Counted from the whole stretch's first letter, positions 49,945 through 60,485 are shown. The stretch is DNA of 63,760 bases, filler included, from Actinomycetota bacterium (GCA_025963875.1; 5 parts of 5 records of this genome joined end to end with filler, not necessarily neighbours in it); one strand, 5' to 3'. Notes: a model not told the origin generated them from the sequence alone. A program made the numbers and translations.

Positions 49945-52731
49945 ATGGAGCGAGACGCTAGGGGGCGTGACGTGGAGCTGGCGGTCTCTGCCCGCTTCCT
50001 CGACGCCCTCCAGAGCGGGCCGCGCGCCCTCGTCCTCGCCGGCGAGGCCGGCATCGGCAAGACCACCCTCTGGAAGCAGGTGCTCGCCGAGGCGCGAGCC
50101 CGTTCCTACTGGGTGCTCACCTGCCGGCCGACCCAGTCCGAGACCGCCCTCTCCTTCGCGGCGCTGGCCGACCTGCTCGCCGAGGTCCCGCCGGACGTCC
50201 TTGGCCGCCTGCCCGGACCCCAGCAGCGGGGGCTCCAGGTGGCGCTGCTGAAGGCCGAGCCCGAGGAAGCCGCGCGAGACCACCGGGCGATCTCGGCGGG
50301 GCTGCTCTCCGTGCTGAGCGAGCTTGCCTCGCGCGCCCCCGTCCTGGTGGGGATCGACGACCTTCGGTGGCTCGACCGGCCCTCCGCGCGGGTTCTGGAG
50401 TTCGCGGTGCGGCGATTCGGCGGCTTGCGGGCGGGCCTGGTGGCCACGATGCGGACCCCCGACGAGGAGGTGCTGCCGCTGGGCCTCGCCGAGGCTCTGT
50501 CACCGGACCAGCTCGACCGGGTGGAGGTCGGCCCGCTCGCCCCCGACGTGCTGCACCGCATCGTGCGGGAGCAGATCGGGATTGCGGTGCCCAGGCCGAC
50601 GCTGGTGCGGATCCAGCAGGCCTCGGGGGGCAATCCCCTGTTCGCCCTGGAGATCGCACGCTCGGTCAATCGTGCCGGGACCCGCATGAGCGGCAGCCAT
50701 GTGCCCGTCCCCCACCACGTCGGCGACATGGTGGCCGAGCGTATCGAGGCCCTGTCGCCCGGGGCCCGCGAGCAGCTCCTCGTCACCTCGGCACTGGCGA
50801 GCCCCACCATCGAGCTCGTCACGACCGCAGGTGGGCCGGGCACCGCCGAGGGACTCGCCGAGGCCGAGGAGGCGGGGGTGGTGGAGCTGGAGGGAGGCCG
50901 GATCCGCTTCGCCCACCCGCTGCTCGCCTCCGCCGTGTACTCGTCCGCCACCCCGGAACGCCGCCGGCGGCTCCACGCCCACATCGCGGAGGTCGTCACC
51001 GACATCGAGGAGAAGGCCCGCCACCTGGCGCTCAGCCACCTGGAGCCCGACGAGGCCGTCGCAGCGGTGATGGACGCCGGCGCCGAGCGGGCCGACGCCA
51101 GGGGAGCCCCCAGTGCCGCCGGCGAGCTGGCCGAGCATGCGCGTTCTCTCACGCCGTCCAGCCGCGGCGACGAACTGGCCAGGCGCACCATCGCCGCCGC
51201 GTCGTACCACGTGGCCTCGGGGGACCGAAAGCGTGCCCGGGCCCTGCTCGAGGAGCTCGTCGCCACCCTGCCGGCCGGGGTTCGCCGGGGGGACGCCCTC
51301 CGTATCCTCGGAGAGATCCGCTACCAGGACGACAGCTTCCCCGAGGCGGTACGCGTCTGGCGCCAGGCCCTCGAGGAGGCAGGGGACGACACCCGCCTGC
51401 GCGCCACGCTGGAGACCTACCTGGCGTATGCGGACCTGATGATGGCGGACTTCCGCAGCGCGAAACCGCATGCCTGGGCGGCCTTGGAGCTGGCGGAGAA
51501 ACTGGGCGATCCAGGAACCCACGCAGAGGCACTCGCCGTCGTCTCCCTTGTCGAATTGGGCAAGGGAACATCGGCGGAAAGGATCCGCCAGGCGCTCAGC
51601 CTGGAGGACCCGAACCACAGGCTTCCCGTCGGCAGACGGCCGAGCCTCATCATCGCCACCATCTTCTGCTGGGAGGAACGCCTCGAGGAGGCCGCGGAGC
51701 GCTTCGCCTGGGTCCACCGCCAGATCCGTGACCGGGGCGAGGACAGCGAGCTCCCCTACCTGGCGCTCCCCATGGCGTGGAACGAGGTCTGGCGCGGCCA
51801 CCTCGCGGTGGCGGCGCGCCTGGCGGAAGCGAGCCTGGAGACGTCCCTGGAGCTCGGCGACCGTGCCATGATCGCCACATCGCTCGCGACGATGGCCCTC
51901 GTCCACGCCTACCAGGGCAGACCCGACGAGGCGCGGCGCGAGGCCGAAGAGGCGACTGCGGGCTTCCGGCAGGCGGGGTGGACGACCTTCACGGTGCTGG
52001 CCATTCAGCCGCTGGGGCTGCTGAGCCTGTCCCTCGGCGACTTCGAGGGCGTCCACCGCACACTCGGGCCGCTCGTGGACGTCGCCTCGCAGATGTGCGC
52101 CCGGGAACCACTGGGCGCTGCGTTCCTGGCCGACGAGATCGAGGCCCTCGTGGGGCTGGGCGATCTCGGCCGGGCGCACGCGCTCATCGATCAGCTCGAG
52201 ACGAGTGCACGCGCCCGCGACCGCGCCTGGGGACTCGGGGCGGCTGCCCGGTGCCGGGGGCTGGCCATCGCCGCCACCGGGGACCTCGACGGCGCCGCCG
52301 CGGCGCTGGACGAGGCGGTCCGCCAGCACGCGCGCCTGCCCATGCCGTTCGAGCTCGCCCGCACCCTGGTCGCGAGGGGGCAGGTCCAGCGCCGGCGCAA
52401 GGAGCGCCTTGCCGCGAAGCAGTCCCTCGAGGAGGCGATCGACATCTTTGCGTCGAGGGGAGCGGTCCTGTGGGCCGAGCGTGCCCGCCTCGAACTCGGC
52501 CGGCTGGGACTGCGTCCGGGCGACGGTCACGGCCTCACGAAGACCGAGCGCCGGGTGGCCGAGATGGTGGCGTCCGGGCTCACCAACCGCGAGGTGGCCG
52601 CCCAGCTCTTCATCAGCCCGAGGACCGTGGAAGCCAACCTCTCGAAGATCTACAGCAAGTTCGGGGTCCGGTCCCGGACGGAACTGGCGGCCAGGATGGC
52701 GGAACGGCTGCAACTGCCGGGGCGGGTCTAA
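49945..52731 (+). CDS. LAL-family (AAA ATPase-TPR-LuxR) transcriptional regulator
   Basis: GEAGIGKT, IDDLRWLD, GGNPLF, C-terminal LTNREVAAQLFISPRTVE. Confidence 0.93.
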   Translation: MERDARGRDVELAVSARFLDALQSGPRALVLAGEAGIGKTTLWKQVLAEARARSYWVLTCRPTQSETALSFAALADLLAEVPPDVLGRLPGPQQRGLQVALLKAEPEEAARDHRAISAGLLSVLSELASRAPVLVGIDDLRWLDRPSARVLEFAVRRFGGLRAGLVATMRTPDEEVLPLGLAEALSPDQLDRVEVGPLAPDVLHRIVREQIGIAVPRPTLVRIQQASGGNPLFALEIARSVNRAGTRMSGSHVPVPHHVGDMVAERIEALSPGAREQLLVTSALASPTIELVTTAGGPGTAEGLAEAEEAGVVELEGGRIRFAHPLLASAVYSSATPERRRRLHAHIAEVVTDIEEKARHLALSHLEPDEAVAAVMDAGAERADARGAPSAAGELAEHARSLTPSSRGDELARRTIAAASYHVASGDRKRARALLEELVATLPAGVRRGDALRILGEIRYQDDSFPEAVRVWRQALEEAGDDTRLRATLETYLAYADLMMADFRSAKPHAWAALELAEKLGDPGTHAEALAVVSLVELGKGTSAERIRQALSLEDPNHRLPVGRRPSLIIATIFCWEERLEEAAERFAWVHRQIRDRGEDSELPYLALPMAWNEVWRGHLAVAARLAEASLETSLELGDRAMIATSLATMALVHAYQGRPDEARREAEEATAGFRQAGWTTFTVLAIQPLGLLSLSLGDFEGVHRTLGPLVDVASQMCAREPLGAAFLADEIEALVGLGDLGRAHALIDQLETSARARDRAWGLGAAARCRGLAIAATGDLDGAAAALDEAVRQHARLPMPFELARTLVARGQVQRRRKERLAAKQSLEEAIDIFASRGAVLWAERARLELGRLGLRPGDGHGLTKTERRVAEMVASGLTNREVAAQLFISPRTVEANLSKIYSKFGVRSRTELAARMAERLQLPGRV

Positions 52732-52861
52732 GCACAATACCCATAAGTTATAGTCTGCGAGAAGAGTTCTGATGGCTCCGAGGGTGCCTGTTGATCAATT
52801 CTCTGGCTGGTCAATGGCGATCTCCACCTCATCGATGCCGCTGGTGCTGGGCGAGTAGTTG

Positions 52862-52961
52862 NNNNNNNNNNNNNNNNNNNNNNNNNNNNNNNNNNNNNNN
52901 NNNNNTTAATTAATTAANNNNNNNNNNNNNNNNNNNNNNNNNNNNNNNNNNNNNNNNNNNN
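52862..52961. other. Artificial contig linker
   Basis: N run with TTAATTAATTAA. Confidence 0.98.
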
Positions 52962-53052
52962 CCTCGGACACCGCCGGCAGCTCGGCGATGGCCTGGCCGG
53001 TCTCCGGGATGGAGTGGACATCGGCCTTGAGCAGCACGATCGCCGTGATCAA
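52962..53052 (-). CDS. Lrp/AsnC ligand-binding domain protein, 5' part (cut by gap)
   Basis: MITAIVLLKADVHSIPETGQAIAELPAVSE is typical of actinobacterial stand-alone AsnC domains. Confidence 0.7.
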
Positions 53053-53107
53053 CGGGCGCCTCCCTTGCCGTGCCTTGGGTTCTGGAGGAGGGCCGGACTG
53101 CCTGGTG

Positions 53108-54088
53108 CTACAGCGACACCATGTCCCGGAGCTTACCCGGGCTGGAGGGGTGGCGAAGCTTCGAGAGGGCCTTCGCCTCGATCTGGCGGATCCGCTCCCG
53201 GGTGAGGGCGAACTCCCGCCCGACCTCCTCGAGGGTGCGGGGCTCGCCGGTGATCAGGCCGAAACGCAGTGCCAGGACCTTCTTCTCCCGGTCGGTGAGC
53301 GAGTCGAGCATCCGCCACAGGTCCTCCTGGCGCAGCGTGAGCGCTGCCGCCTCGAAGGGACCCTGGGCCTCGGTGTCCTGGATGAAGTCCCCCAGCTCGG
53401 CGTCCTCGTCGCCCACCGGCTCGTGGATCGAGACCGGCTCGGGCAGCACGCGGAAGGCCTCCCGGACCTTGTCCGGCGTCATCTCGGCCGAGCGGGCGAT
53501 CTCGTCGATGGTCGGCTCGCGCCCCAGGTTCTCCACCAGCTCGGACTGCACCTTACGGACTCGGTACAGGGTCTCCACCATGTGGACCGGGATGCGGATG
53601 GTGCGGGCCTTGTCGGCGATGGCGCGGGTGATGGCCTGGCGGATCCACCAGGTTGCGTAGGTCGAGAACTTGAAGCCACGGCGGTAGTCGAACTTCTCGA
53701 CGGCGCGCATGAGGCCGAGGTTGCCCTCCTGGATCAGGTCGAGCAGGGGGAGGCCCGCCGCCGAGTACTTCTTGGCGATGGACACGACGAGGCGCAGGTT
53801 GGACTGGATGAACCGCCGCTTGGCGGCCCGGCCGGCTTCGACCCTCTTCTCGTTGTCCTCACGCTGCTTCGGCGTCAGCCTGCGCTTGGGCTTGTCGAGC
53901 GTCGCCTGGGAGAGATTCCCCGCCTCGATGGTCTTGGCGAGCTCGACCTCGTCGACGTCCGTGAGGAGCGGGTACTGGCCGATCTCCCGGAGGTACTGCC
54001 GCACCAGATCTTCGTGCGGCGCCTCCTCCTCCTTGAAGTCAGGACGAGGGTTCGGCTCGTAGTCGCTGTAGCTCTCTCTACGTCTCAT
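53108..54088 (-). CDS. Sigma-70 factor, RpoD-like without region 1.1 (group 2, SigB-like)
   Basis: [39 protein letters not shown]; 326 aa. Confidence 0.93.
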   Translation of the reverse strand: MRRRESYSDYEPNPRPDFKEEEAPHEDLVRQYLREIGQYPLLTDVDEVELAKTIEAGNLSQATLDKPKRRLTPKQREDNEKRVEAGRAAKRRFIQSNLRLVVSIAKKYSAAGLPLLDLIQEGNLGLMRAVEKFDYRRGFKFSTYATWWIRQAITRAIADKARTIRIPVHMVETLYRVRKVQSELVENLGREPTIDEIARSAEMTPDKVREAFRVLPEPVSIHEPVGDEDAELGDFIQDTEAQGPFEAAALTLRQEDLWRMLDSLTDREKKVLALRFGLITGEPRTLEEVGREFALTRERIRQIEAKALSKLRHPSSPGKLRDMVSL

Positions 54089-54302
54089 ATGGATAGTCCC
54101 TCATCGGTCCGCACAACGGGGCTACGGCACTCCTTGCCCCTGGCGACACTCCCAAGACAGGTAGCAGATTGCTTAAGTGTAGCGGCCATTTGACAATTTG
54201 ACAAGGTTTTACGCGTGTCAAATGACGACCTGCCCCCTCGTGATCTCCGGGGGGCGGCCGCAGCGATGCCGCCGTCGCTCTGATCGCATAGCATTTTACA
54301 CA

Positions 54303-54866
54303 ATGTCAGACGCTCAGGGAGACCGTTTGGTTTCAGACGACCGCTTGGTCGCGGGGGCCGGCTCCCCCGGCGGCTCGCCCGGCGGTTCGCCTGGGGCGGA
54401 GCCGCCCATCCTCGTCTCGGCGTGCCTGGCCGGCCTGGCGACGACGCATACCGGCGCGGCGAAGCCCAACCGCAAGGTGATGGAGCTCGTCCGCCAGGGC
54501 CGGGCGATCCTCGTGTGCCCAGAGCAGCTCGGGGGCTTGCCGACCCCCCGGCTGGCGGCCGAGATCGTCGACGGGGCCTCCGGCGCATCGGTTTTGGATG
54601 GGGAGGGCCGGGTGCTGGACACCGCCGGCGGGGACGTGACCTCGAACTACCTGCGGGGGGCCCGGGAGGCCCTGAAGGCGGCCCGTCTGGCGGGGTCCAG
54701 GGTGGCGATCCTGAAGGCCCGCAGCCCGTCGTGCGGGAAGGACCGGATCCACGACGGGACGTTCTCGGGCACCCTTCGTGACGGCTCGGGCGTCACGGCC
54801 GAGCTCCTGCGCCGGGAGGGCCTGGAGATCCTGTCCGAGGAGGACCTGGAGGGCCGGGACCCGTAG
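54303..54866 (+). CDS. DUF523 (2-thiouracil desulfurase-like) protein
   Basis: ILVSACL, VCPEQLGGLPTPR, KARSPSCG; start uncertain. Confidence 0.9.
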   Translation: MSDAQGDRLVSDDRLVAGAGSPGGSPGGSPGAEPPILVSACLAGLATTHTGAAKPNRKVMELVRQGRAILVCPEQLGGLPTPRLAAEIVDGASGASVLDGEGRVLDTAGGDVTSNYLRGAREALKAARLAGSRVAILKARSPSCGKDRIHDGTFSGTLRDGSGVTAELLRREGLEILSEEDLEGRDP

Positions 54867-54896
54867 CGGGTTCCTTTCCGGAGGGCCCCGGTGGCC

Positions 54897-55244
54897 TCAA
54901 TTCGGCGAACGCACGCGGAGGCCGGGCACCGCCTCAAAGTCCCGCAGGTTTCTGGTGGTGAGGACCAGGCCACGCTCGAGGGCGGTCGCGGCAATCAGGG
55001 CGTCCGGCAACCGGATGCCCGTCTCGCGCCAGATGCGACCGCCCCGCTCGGCAATCGCTCGGTCGACGGGAATCTCTCGGAGCGGGCCAAGCAGACGCAC
55101 GGTGAGGTCCGTCGCCGAGTTGCCGGCGAACAGCTCGGCTCGGGTGATCACCGAGTAGTGAAGCCGGTTGCGGCCTGCCTTGAGCTCCGCGGCGCCGCGA
55201 AGATGGTCGATGAAGACGTCCGTGTCGACGAGGAGCTCAGCCAC
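54897..55244 (-). CDS. vapC: VapC PIN-domain toxin
   Basis: VDTDVFID, ITRAEL, DALIAATA, TRNLRDF. Confidence 0.92.
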   Translation of the reverse strand: MAELLVDTDVFIDHLRGAAELKAGRNRLHYSVITRAELFAGNSATDLTVRLLGPLREIPVDRAIAERGGRIWRETGIRLPDALIAATALERGLVLTTRNLRDFEAVPGLRVRSPN

Positions 55245-55458
55245 GGTCCCATTCGTCTCGTGACGGTATGGAAGCCTCCGGGGCGGCGCCGAAGGTAGCC
55301 TCGAGCGCCGCCGAGGGGTCGAGCTCCTGGGACAGGTAGGCGTCGAGTGCCCGGCGCACGACCTCAGCCATGGTCACCCCTTCGGCCTTGGCGACCTGGT
55401 CGATCAGCTCGCGCTGCGCATCGGTCAGATAGATCTGGGTTCTGATGGTCGTTGACAT
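55237..55458 (-). CDS. vapB: RHH/CopG antitoxin
   Basis: RTQIYL...GVTMAEVVRRALD; overlaps the vapC start. Confidence 0.88.
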   Translation of the reverse strand: MSTTIRTQIYLTDAQRELIDQVAKAEGVTMAEVVRRALDAYLSQELDPSAALEATFGAAPEASIPSRDEWDRG

Positions 55459-55704
55459 ACAGCACGATTATACAGCATGGGTGATCCTCGAACGGGACCC
55501 GCGCTACCTAGCATTGGACCGGGCTCGGAAGGGCATTCCCCAGTTCTCGCGGGCTCCTTGAGTTTCGAGGGCTGAGCACCGAGGTTCGGCGACTTATCCG
55601 TGTGTGCCAGGGCTTTCTCGCCGAACTTCTCGAGGCGGCTCCTTCGGGCGCCAGGGACGTATGCCGGCCGGACGTATAGTTTTGGCTGGAGTTGAGGGCG
55701 CTTA

Positions 55705-55804
55705 NNNNNNNNNNNNNNNNNNNNNNNNNNNNNNNNNNNNNNNNNNNNTTAATTAATTAANNNNNNNNNNNNNNNNNNNNNNNNNNNNNNNNNNNNNNNN
55801 NNNN
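55705..55804. other. Artificial contig linker
   Basis: N run with TTAATTAATTAA. Confidence 0.98.
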
Positions 55805-56765
55805 CGGCGGTGGCCGGGAACAGCAGGTCGACGAAGCGGGCCGCCGTCGGCCGGGGCTCGTGGTTGGCCAGACCGGGTTGCTCGTTGGCCTCGATCACGA
55901 CGTGGCCCGGCGACTCGACGCCGTCGATGACCAGGTCGACACCGACCACCGGGATGCCGATGGCCCGGGCGACGGCCACGGCGGCGTCCCCCAGGGCCGG
56001 GTGGAGCTCGTCGGTGACGTCGTGGATCGTGCCACCGGTATGCAGGTTGGCGGTGCGCCGCACGGGTAGCGTCACGCCCTCCCCGAGGACGTCGTCCAGC
56101 CCGTGGCCGGCGCTCGCGACCACGTTCCGGGTGGTGTCGTCGAGGGGGATCGTCGAGGCCCCGCCGGTCGACGCTTCCCGGGCCCGGCTCTCCTCCTCCA
56201 CGAGCTCGGCGATCGTGTGGCTGCCGTCGCCCACGACGTGCGCCGGGCGGCGCACCGAAGCCGCCACCACCTCGTCGGCGATGACCACGACCCGCAGGTC
56301 CTCGCCCGGGCAACGCCGTTCGAGGAGCACGTCGGGACACCACCGGGCAGCCGCCGTTCTGGCTCGGTTCAGCTCTTCGGCATTCGTCACGCCGACGGTG
56401 ACGCCCCAGCCCTGCTCCCCCCGGACCGGCTTCACGACGACGTCGCCCTGCTCGGCCAGGAAGTCGAGGTCGGCCTGGTCGAACGTGGCACAGCGACCGG
56501 GGGGGACGGCAATGCCCGCCCGCTCCAGCACCTCCCGGGTGTAGCCCTTGTCGTCGCAGATGCGGAAGGCGACCGCGCTGGTGAGGTCCGAGAGCGACTC
56601 CAGCGTCCGCACGGACCGTCCCCCGTTGGTGAGCACGAGACCGCCCCGGCCGGCGTCGAAGATCTCGACGGCGATCCCCCGCCGGTGCGCCTCGTCGACG
56701 ATGATGCGGGTGTAGGCGTTGAGGCGGTCGTAGCCGTGAGGGAGCATGCTGCCTGGGCGGGTCAC
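55805..56765 (-). CDS. ATP-grasp ligase, Ngg/cyanophycin synthetase-like, without GNAT domain; 3' end reaches the gap
   Basis: LNAYTRIIVDEA, ESLSDLTSAVA, VVKPVRGEQG, ANLHTGG, IEANEQPGLANHEP. Confidence 0.85.
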
Positions 56766-57502
56766 GCAGCCGAGTCTGACACCTGATCCGTGGTAGCGGC
56801 CACCGGGCGCCCCGCCTCGGTCACCAACCAGGCGAGCAGCCGGTCGTGCGCGGGAAGGCCGGGCAGCAGCTCCGGATGCCACTGGACACCGAGGAGCCTG
56901 GCAGGGAAGGCCGTCTCGACGCCCTCCACGACGCCGTCGTCCGACCATGCGACGGCTTGCAGGCCGTTACCCAGGCGGTCCACGGCCTGGTGGTGCAACG
57001 AGTTCACCCCGATGCTGCTCGCCCCCACGACGCCGGCCAGGAGGCTGCCGGGAGCGACGCGGACGTCATGCACGGTCACCAGAGAGAGGTCCTTCCGGTA
57101 GTGGTCCCGGCCTGTCACCGCGGGGACGTGCTGGATCAGCGATCCGCCCAGGGCGACGTTCATGACCTGGCACCCGCGGCAGATGCCGAGGACGGGCACG
57201 CCAGCCCGGGCGGCGGCCAGCACCAGTGCGACCTCGAAGGCATCGCGCCCGGGATCGATGCCGAAGACCTCGGGGCCCGGGAGCTCGCCGTAGCGCGTGG
57301 GGTCGACGTCGCCGCCCCCGGTGAGCAGAAGCCCGTCGAGCGCGAGGAGGGCGACCTCGACGTCAGCAAGAGCGAGCACCGGAAGCCCGAAGGGGACGCC
57401 GCCGGCCCGCAGCACGGCATCCACCAGGGAGCGGTCGACGCGCTCCACGAAGTGGTCGTCGACCGTTCCCGGCGTCGTCGTCACCCCGATGCGCGGCTTC
57501 AT
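56762..57502 (-). CDS. Peptidase C26 / gamma-glutamyl-GABA hydrolase family (class I GATase)
   Basis: TGGGDVDP, LGICRG, VNSLHHQ, VQWHPE. Confidence 0.92.
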   Translation of the reverse strand: MKPRIGVTTTPGTVDDHFVERVDRSLVDAVLRAGGVPFGLPVLALADVEVALLALDGLLLTGGGDVDPTRYGELPGPEVFGIDPGRDAFEVALVLAAARAGVPVLGICRGCQVMNVALGGSLIQHVPAVTGRDHYRKDLSLVTVHDVRVAPGSLLAGVVGASSIGVNSLHHQAVDRLGNGLQAVAWSDDGVVEGVETAFPARLLGVQWHPELLPGLPAHDRLLAWLVTEAGRPVAATTDQVSDSAA

Positions 57503-57556
57503 AACAATGTAACGGTACGACGCCTTGGTTACTTGAATGTTTCGTCCTTGAAAACA

Positions 57557-59347
57557 TCATTCGATTCCGTTCGCCTGAAGCCAGAGTTCGAACATCCCAA
57601 GCTCCCATAATTGGTTGTATCGGAGCACGGTGAGCTCGTCGGGGTGGGCCAGCAGGTGCTCGACGTGTTCCGGCCGGTAGAGCCCCCGGCTCTTCGCCTC
57701 GGGGGCGAGGAGGGCGTCGCGGAGGAGGTCGACGGCAGCGGCGTCGAGCTGCACGAGCGGCGGGACCGGGAAGTAGCCCTTCGGCCGGTCGATGACTTCC
57801 GCCGGAAGGATGGGCCGGGCGAGGTCCTTGACGATCCCTTTGCCACCGCTGGCGACCAGGAGTTCGTCGGGGCAGGCCACCGCCAGCTCGACGAGCTCGT
57901 GGTCGAGGAACGGCACCCGGGCCTCGAGACCGAACGCCATGGTCATGTTGTCGACCCGCTTCACCGGGTCCTCGACGAGCATCACCCCGCTGTCGATGCG
58001 CAGGGCGCGCCGCAGCGGCGTGCGGGCGCCGGGAGCGGCGAAGGACGCCTCCACGAAGGCTCGGCTCACGTCCTCATCGAGGCAGTAGTCGGGGCTCAGC
58101 GCCGCGTTGACCTGCGCGTGGGTACGGTCGAAGAACGCAGCGACGTACACGTCGAGCCCGTCACCCTCCGCCCGGGCCATCTTCTGGTACCAGTGGTACC
58201 CGGCGAAGACCTCGTCGGCACCCTGGCCCGACTGCACCACCTTGACGTGACGGCTGACCTCCTCGGACAGGAGGTAGAAGGCCACGACGTCGTGGCTCAC
58301 CATCGGCTCGCTCATCGCCCGGATCGCGCCCGGCAGGGCATCGAGCACCCGCTCCGTCGGGATACGGAGGCGGTGGTGGTCGGTGGCGAACCGCTCCGCC
58401 ACGAGGTCCGACCAGCGGAACTCATCGCCCTCTTCGTCGTCGCCGCTCTCGAAGCCGATGCTGAACGTGGCCAGACCTTCCTGCCCCTCCTCCGCCAGCA
58501 GGGCGACGATGAGGCTGGAGTCCAGTCCGCCCGAGAGCAGTACACCGACGGGCACGTCGGCCACGAGGCGCCGGCGGACCGCCAGGCGGAGTGCCGCCTC
58601 GATGGCCTCGCGCCAGTCGCCGGCCGTCGCCGTATGGGGTGCCGGCGCCCCCGCAGGCGCCGGGGCGGTCCAGGGGTTCCAGTACTCCCGCTCACGGCGT
58701 CGCCCGTCGGGCTCCACCACCAGCAGCGTCGCAGGGGGAAGCTTGCGGACGCCGGCGAGCAGCGTGCGGGGAGCCGGCACCACGGCGTGGAAGGTCAGGT
58801 AGTGGTGGAGGGCGACGGGATCGACCGTCGTGTCGACCCCTCCCGCGGCCACCAGGGCGGGGAGGCTGGAGGCGAACCGCAGGGCGCCGTCGACGCCGGC
58901 GAGGTAGAGGGGCTTGACCCCGAGCCGGTCCCGGGCGAGGACAACCCGTCCCGAGTCCCGCTCGGCGATGGCAAAGGCGAACATGCCGACGAGGCGGTCG
59001 ACCAGCCCCTCGCCCCAGCGGTGCCAGCCCTTGAGGAGGACCTCGGTGTCGCTGGTGGAGAAGAAATGGTAGCCCGCGGCCTCGAGCTCCCGGCGCAGCT
59101 CCCGGTGGTTGTAGATGCAACCGTTGAAGACAACGGAAAGCCCGAGCTCGGAATCGACCATCGGCTGGTGGCCCCGGCTGGAGAGGTCGATGATGGCCAG
59201 GCGGCGGTGCCCGAGGGCGACCCCGCCCGCGGACCACACGCCGGCCCCGTCCGGACCCCGGGCGGCCATGGCGTCGGCCATCCGGGCAACGGCGCCGATG
59301 TCGGGTAGGCGCCCGTCCTCCCGGACCTCACCGGCGATGCCACACAT
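57557..59347 (-). CDS. asnO: N-acetylglutaminylglutamine amidotransferase (AsnO-like asparagine synthetase family)
   Basis: MCGI N-terminal Cys, GHRRL, LSGGLDSS, SGQGADE, VEDPVKRVDNMTMA. Confidence 0.88.
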   Translation of the reverse strand: MCGIAGEVREDGRLPDIGAVARMADAMAARGPDGAGVWSAGGVALGHRRLAIIDLSSRGHQPMVDSELGLSVVFNGCIYNHRELRRELEAAGYHFFSTSDTEVLLKGWHRWGEGLVDRLVGMFAFAIAERDSGRVVLARDRLGVKPLYLAGVDGALRFASSLPALVAAGGVDTTVDPVALHHYLTFHAVVPAPRTLLAGVRKLPPATLLVVEPDGRRREREYWNPWTAPAPAGAPAPHTATAGDWREAIEAALRLAVRRRLVADVPVGVLLSGGLDSSLIVALLAEEGQEGLATFSIGFESGDDEEGDEFRWSDLVAERFATDHHRLRIPTERVLDALPGAIRAMSEPMVSHDVVAFYLLSEEVSRHVKVVQSGQGADEVFAGYHWYQKMARAEGDGLDVYVAAFFDRTHAQVNAALSPDYCLDEDVSRAFVEASFAAPGARTPLRRALRIDSGVMLVEDPVKRVDNMTMAFGLEARVPFLDHELVELAVACPDELLVASGGKGIVKDLARPILPAEVIDRPKGYFPVPPLVQLDAAAVDLLRDALLAPEAKSRGLYRPEHVEHLLAHPDELTVLRYNQLWELGMFELWLQANGIE

Positions 59348-59482
59348 CTGGTCCCCCCTCCCTTGGCCCCGTTGCCCTCAGTTTGCCGCCCCGGACGTAG
59401 AGTTGCTGAATCCAGCGACAGTTTGAGAGCCATCGTGCAGACAATGGCCCTCCGATACCTCCCTCAACACGAGAGGTTACTC

Positions 59483-60418
59483 ATGGGTCAACGTAGCCGA
59501 AATGACGGGTTGCCGCCGCCTCCGTTCGTCGAGGAAGTGAGCGATGGAATTTATGCCTACCTACAGCTGGCCGGTCAGTGGGGGCTCAACAACTCGGGCT
59601 TCCTGGTGGGATCACGCGCCGTGACCCTCGTCGATACCTGCTTCACGGAACGGCGTACACGCGCCCTCCTGGACGCGGTTCGACTGCTGAGCGGTCATCC
59701 CATTCGCACACTCTTCAATACCCACGAACACGGCGACCATACCTGGGGCAACTTCGTGCTTCCCGAGTCCACGACCATCGTGGGCCACGAGCGCTGCCGG
59801 GAAGGCATGCTCGCTGAAGGGCTGGCGGCCCAGGCCGTCTTCACGGGAGTCGAGTGGGGGGACATCGTCCTGCGGCCCCCGAGCGTCACCTTCGCCGACC
59901 GGCTCACCCTCTGGGTCGACGACCTCCGGCTGGAGGCCATCTCCATGGGGCCGGCCCACACGACGAGTGACGCCATCCTGTGGGTGCCTGAGCGCAAGGT
60001 GCTGTTCTCGGGGGACCTGGTGTTCAACGGCGGGACACCGTTTGTGCTCATGGGCTCGGTGCAGGGATCGCTGGCTGCGCTCCACCAGCTCAAGGAGCTC
60101 GGAGCGGAGACGATCGTGCCCGGACACGGACCGGTGGCCGGGCCAGGGGTGCTCGACGAGCAGATCGCCTACCTGCGCCACATTCAGACCATCGCCGCCG
60201 ATGGGTGGTCGGTGGGGCTGAGCCCGCTGGATGCGGCGCGGGAGGCGGACCTCGGACCGTTCGTTCACTGGCACGATCCCGAACGGATCGTCGGCAACCT
60301 GGCCCGCGCCTACGTGGAGTTGGCGGGCGCCGAGCCGGGCGTGCCCATCGACGTGGCAGGAGCCCTCGGGGCGATGGTGGAGTACAACGGTGGGCGCCCT
60401 CTCCGCTGCCTCGCCTGA
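59483..60418 (+). CDS. MBL-fold metallo-hydrolase (cyclase-like)
   Basis: THEHGDH, AHT, GDLVF, PGHG. Confidence 0.9.
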   Translation: MGQRSRNDGLPPPPFVEEVSDGIYAYLQLAGQWGLNNSGFLVGSRAVTLVDTCFTERRTRALLDAVRLLSGHPIRTLFNTHEHGDHTWGNFVLPESTTIVGHERCREGMLAEGLAAQAVFTGVEWGDIVLRPPSVTFADRLTLWVDDLRLEAISMGPAHTTSDAILWVPERKVLFSGDLVFNGGTPFVLMGSVQGSLAALHQLKELGAETIVPGHGPVAGPGVLDEQIAYLRHIQTIAADGWSVGLSPLDAAREADLGPFVHWHDPERIVGNLARAYVELAGAEPGVPIDVAGALGAMVEYNGGRPLRCLA

Positions 60419-60485
60419 CCTTGGGCTGTTTCGGGGGCGGTGGCTGTGAATGAACTGTGTTGAACTACAAGAAGCTAAAGCGGGC

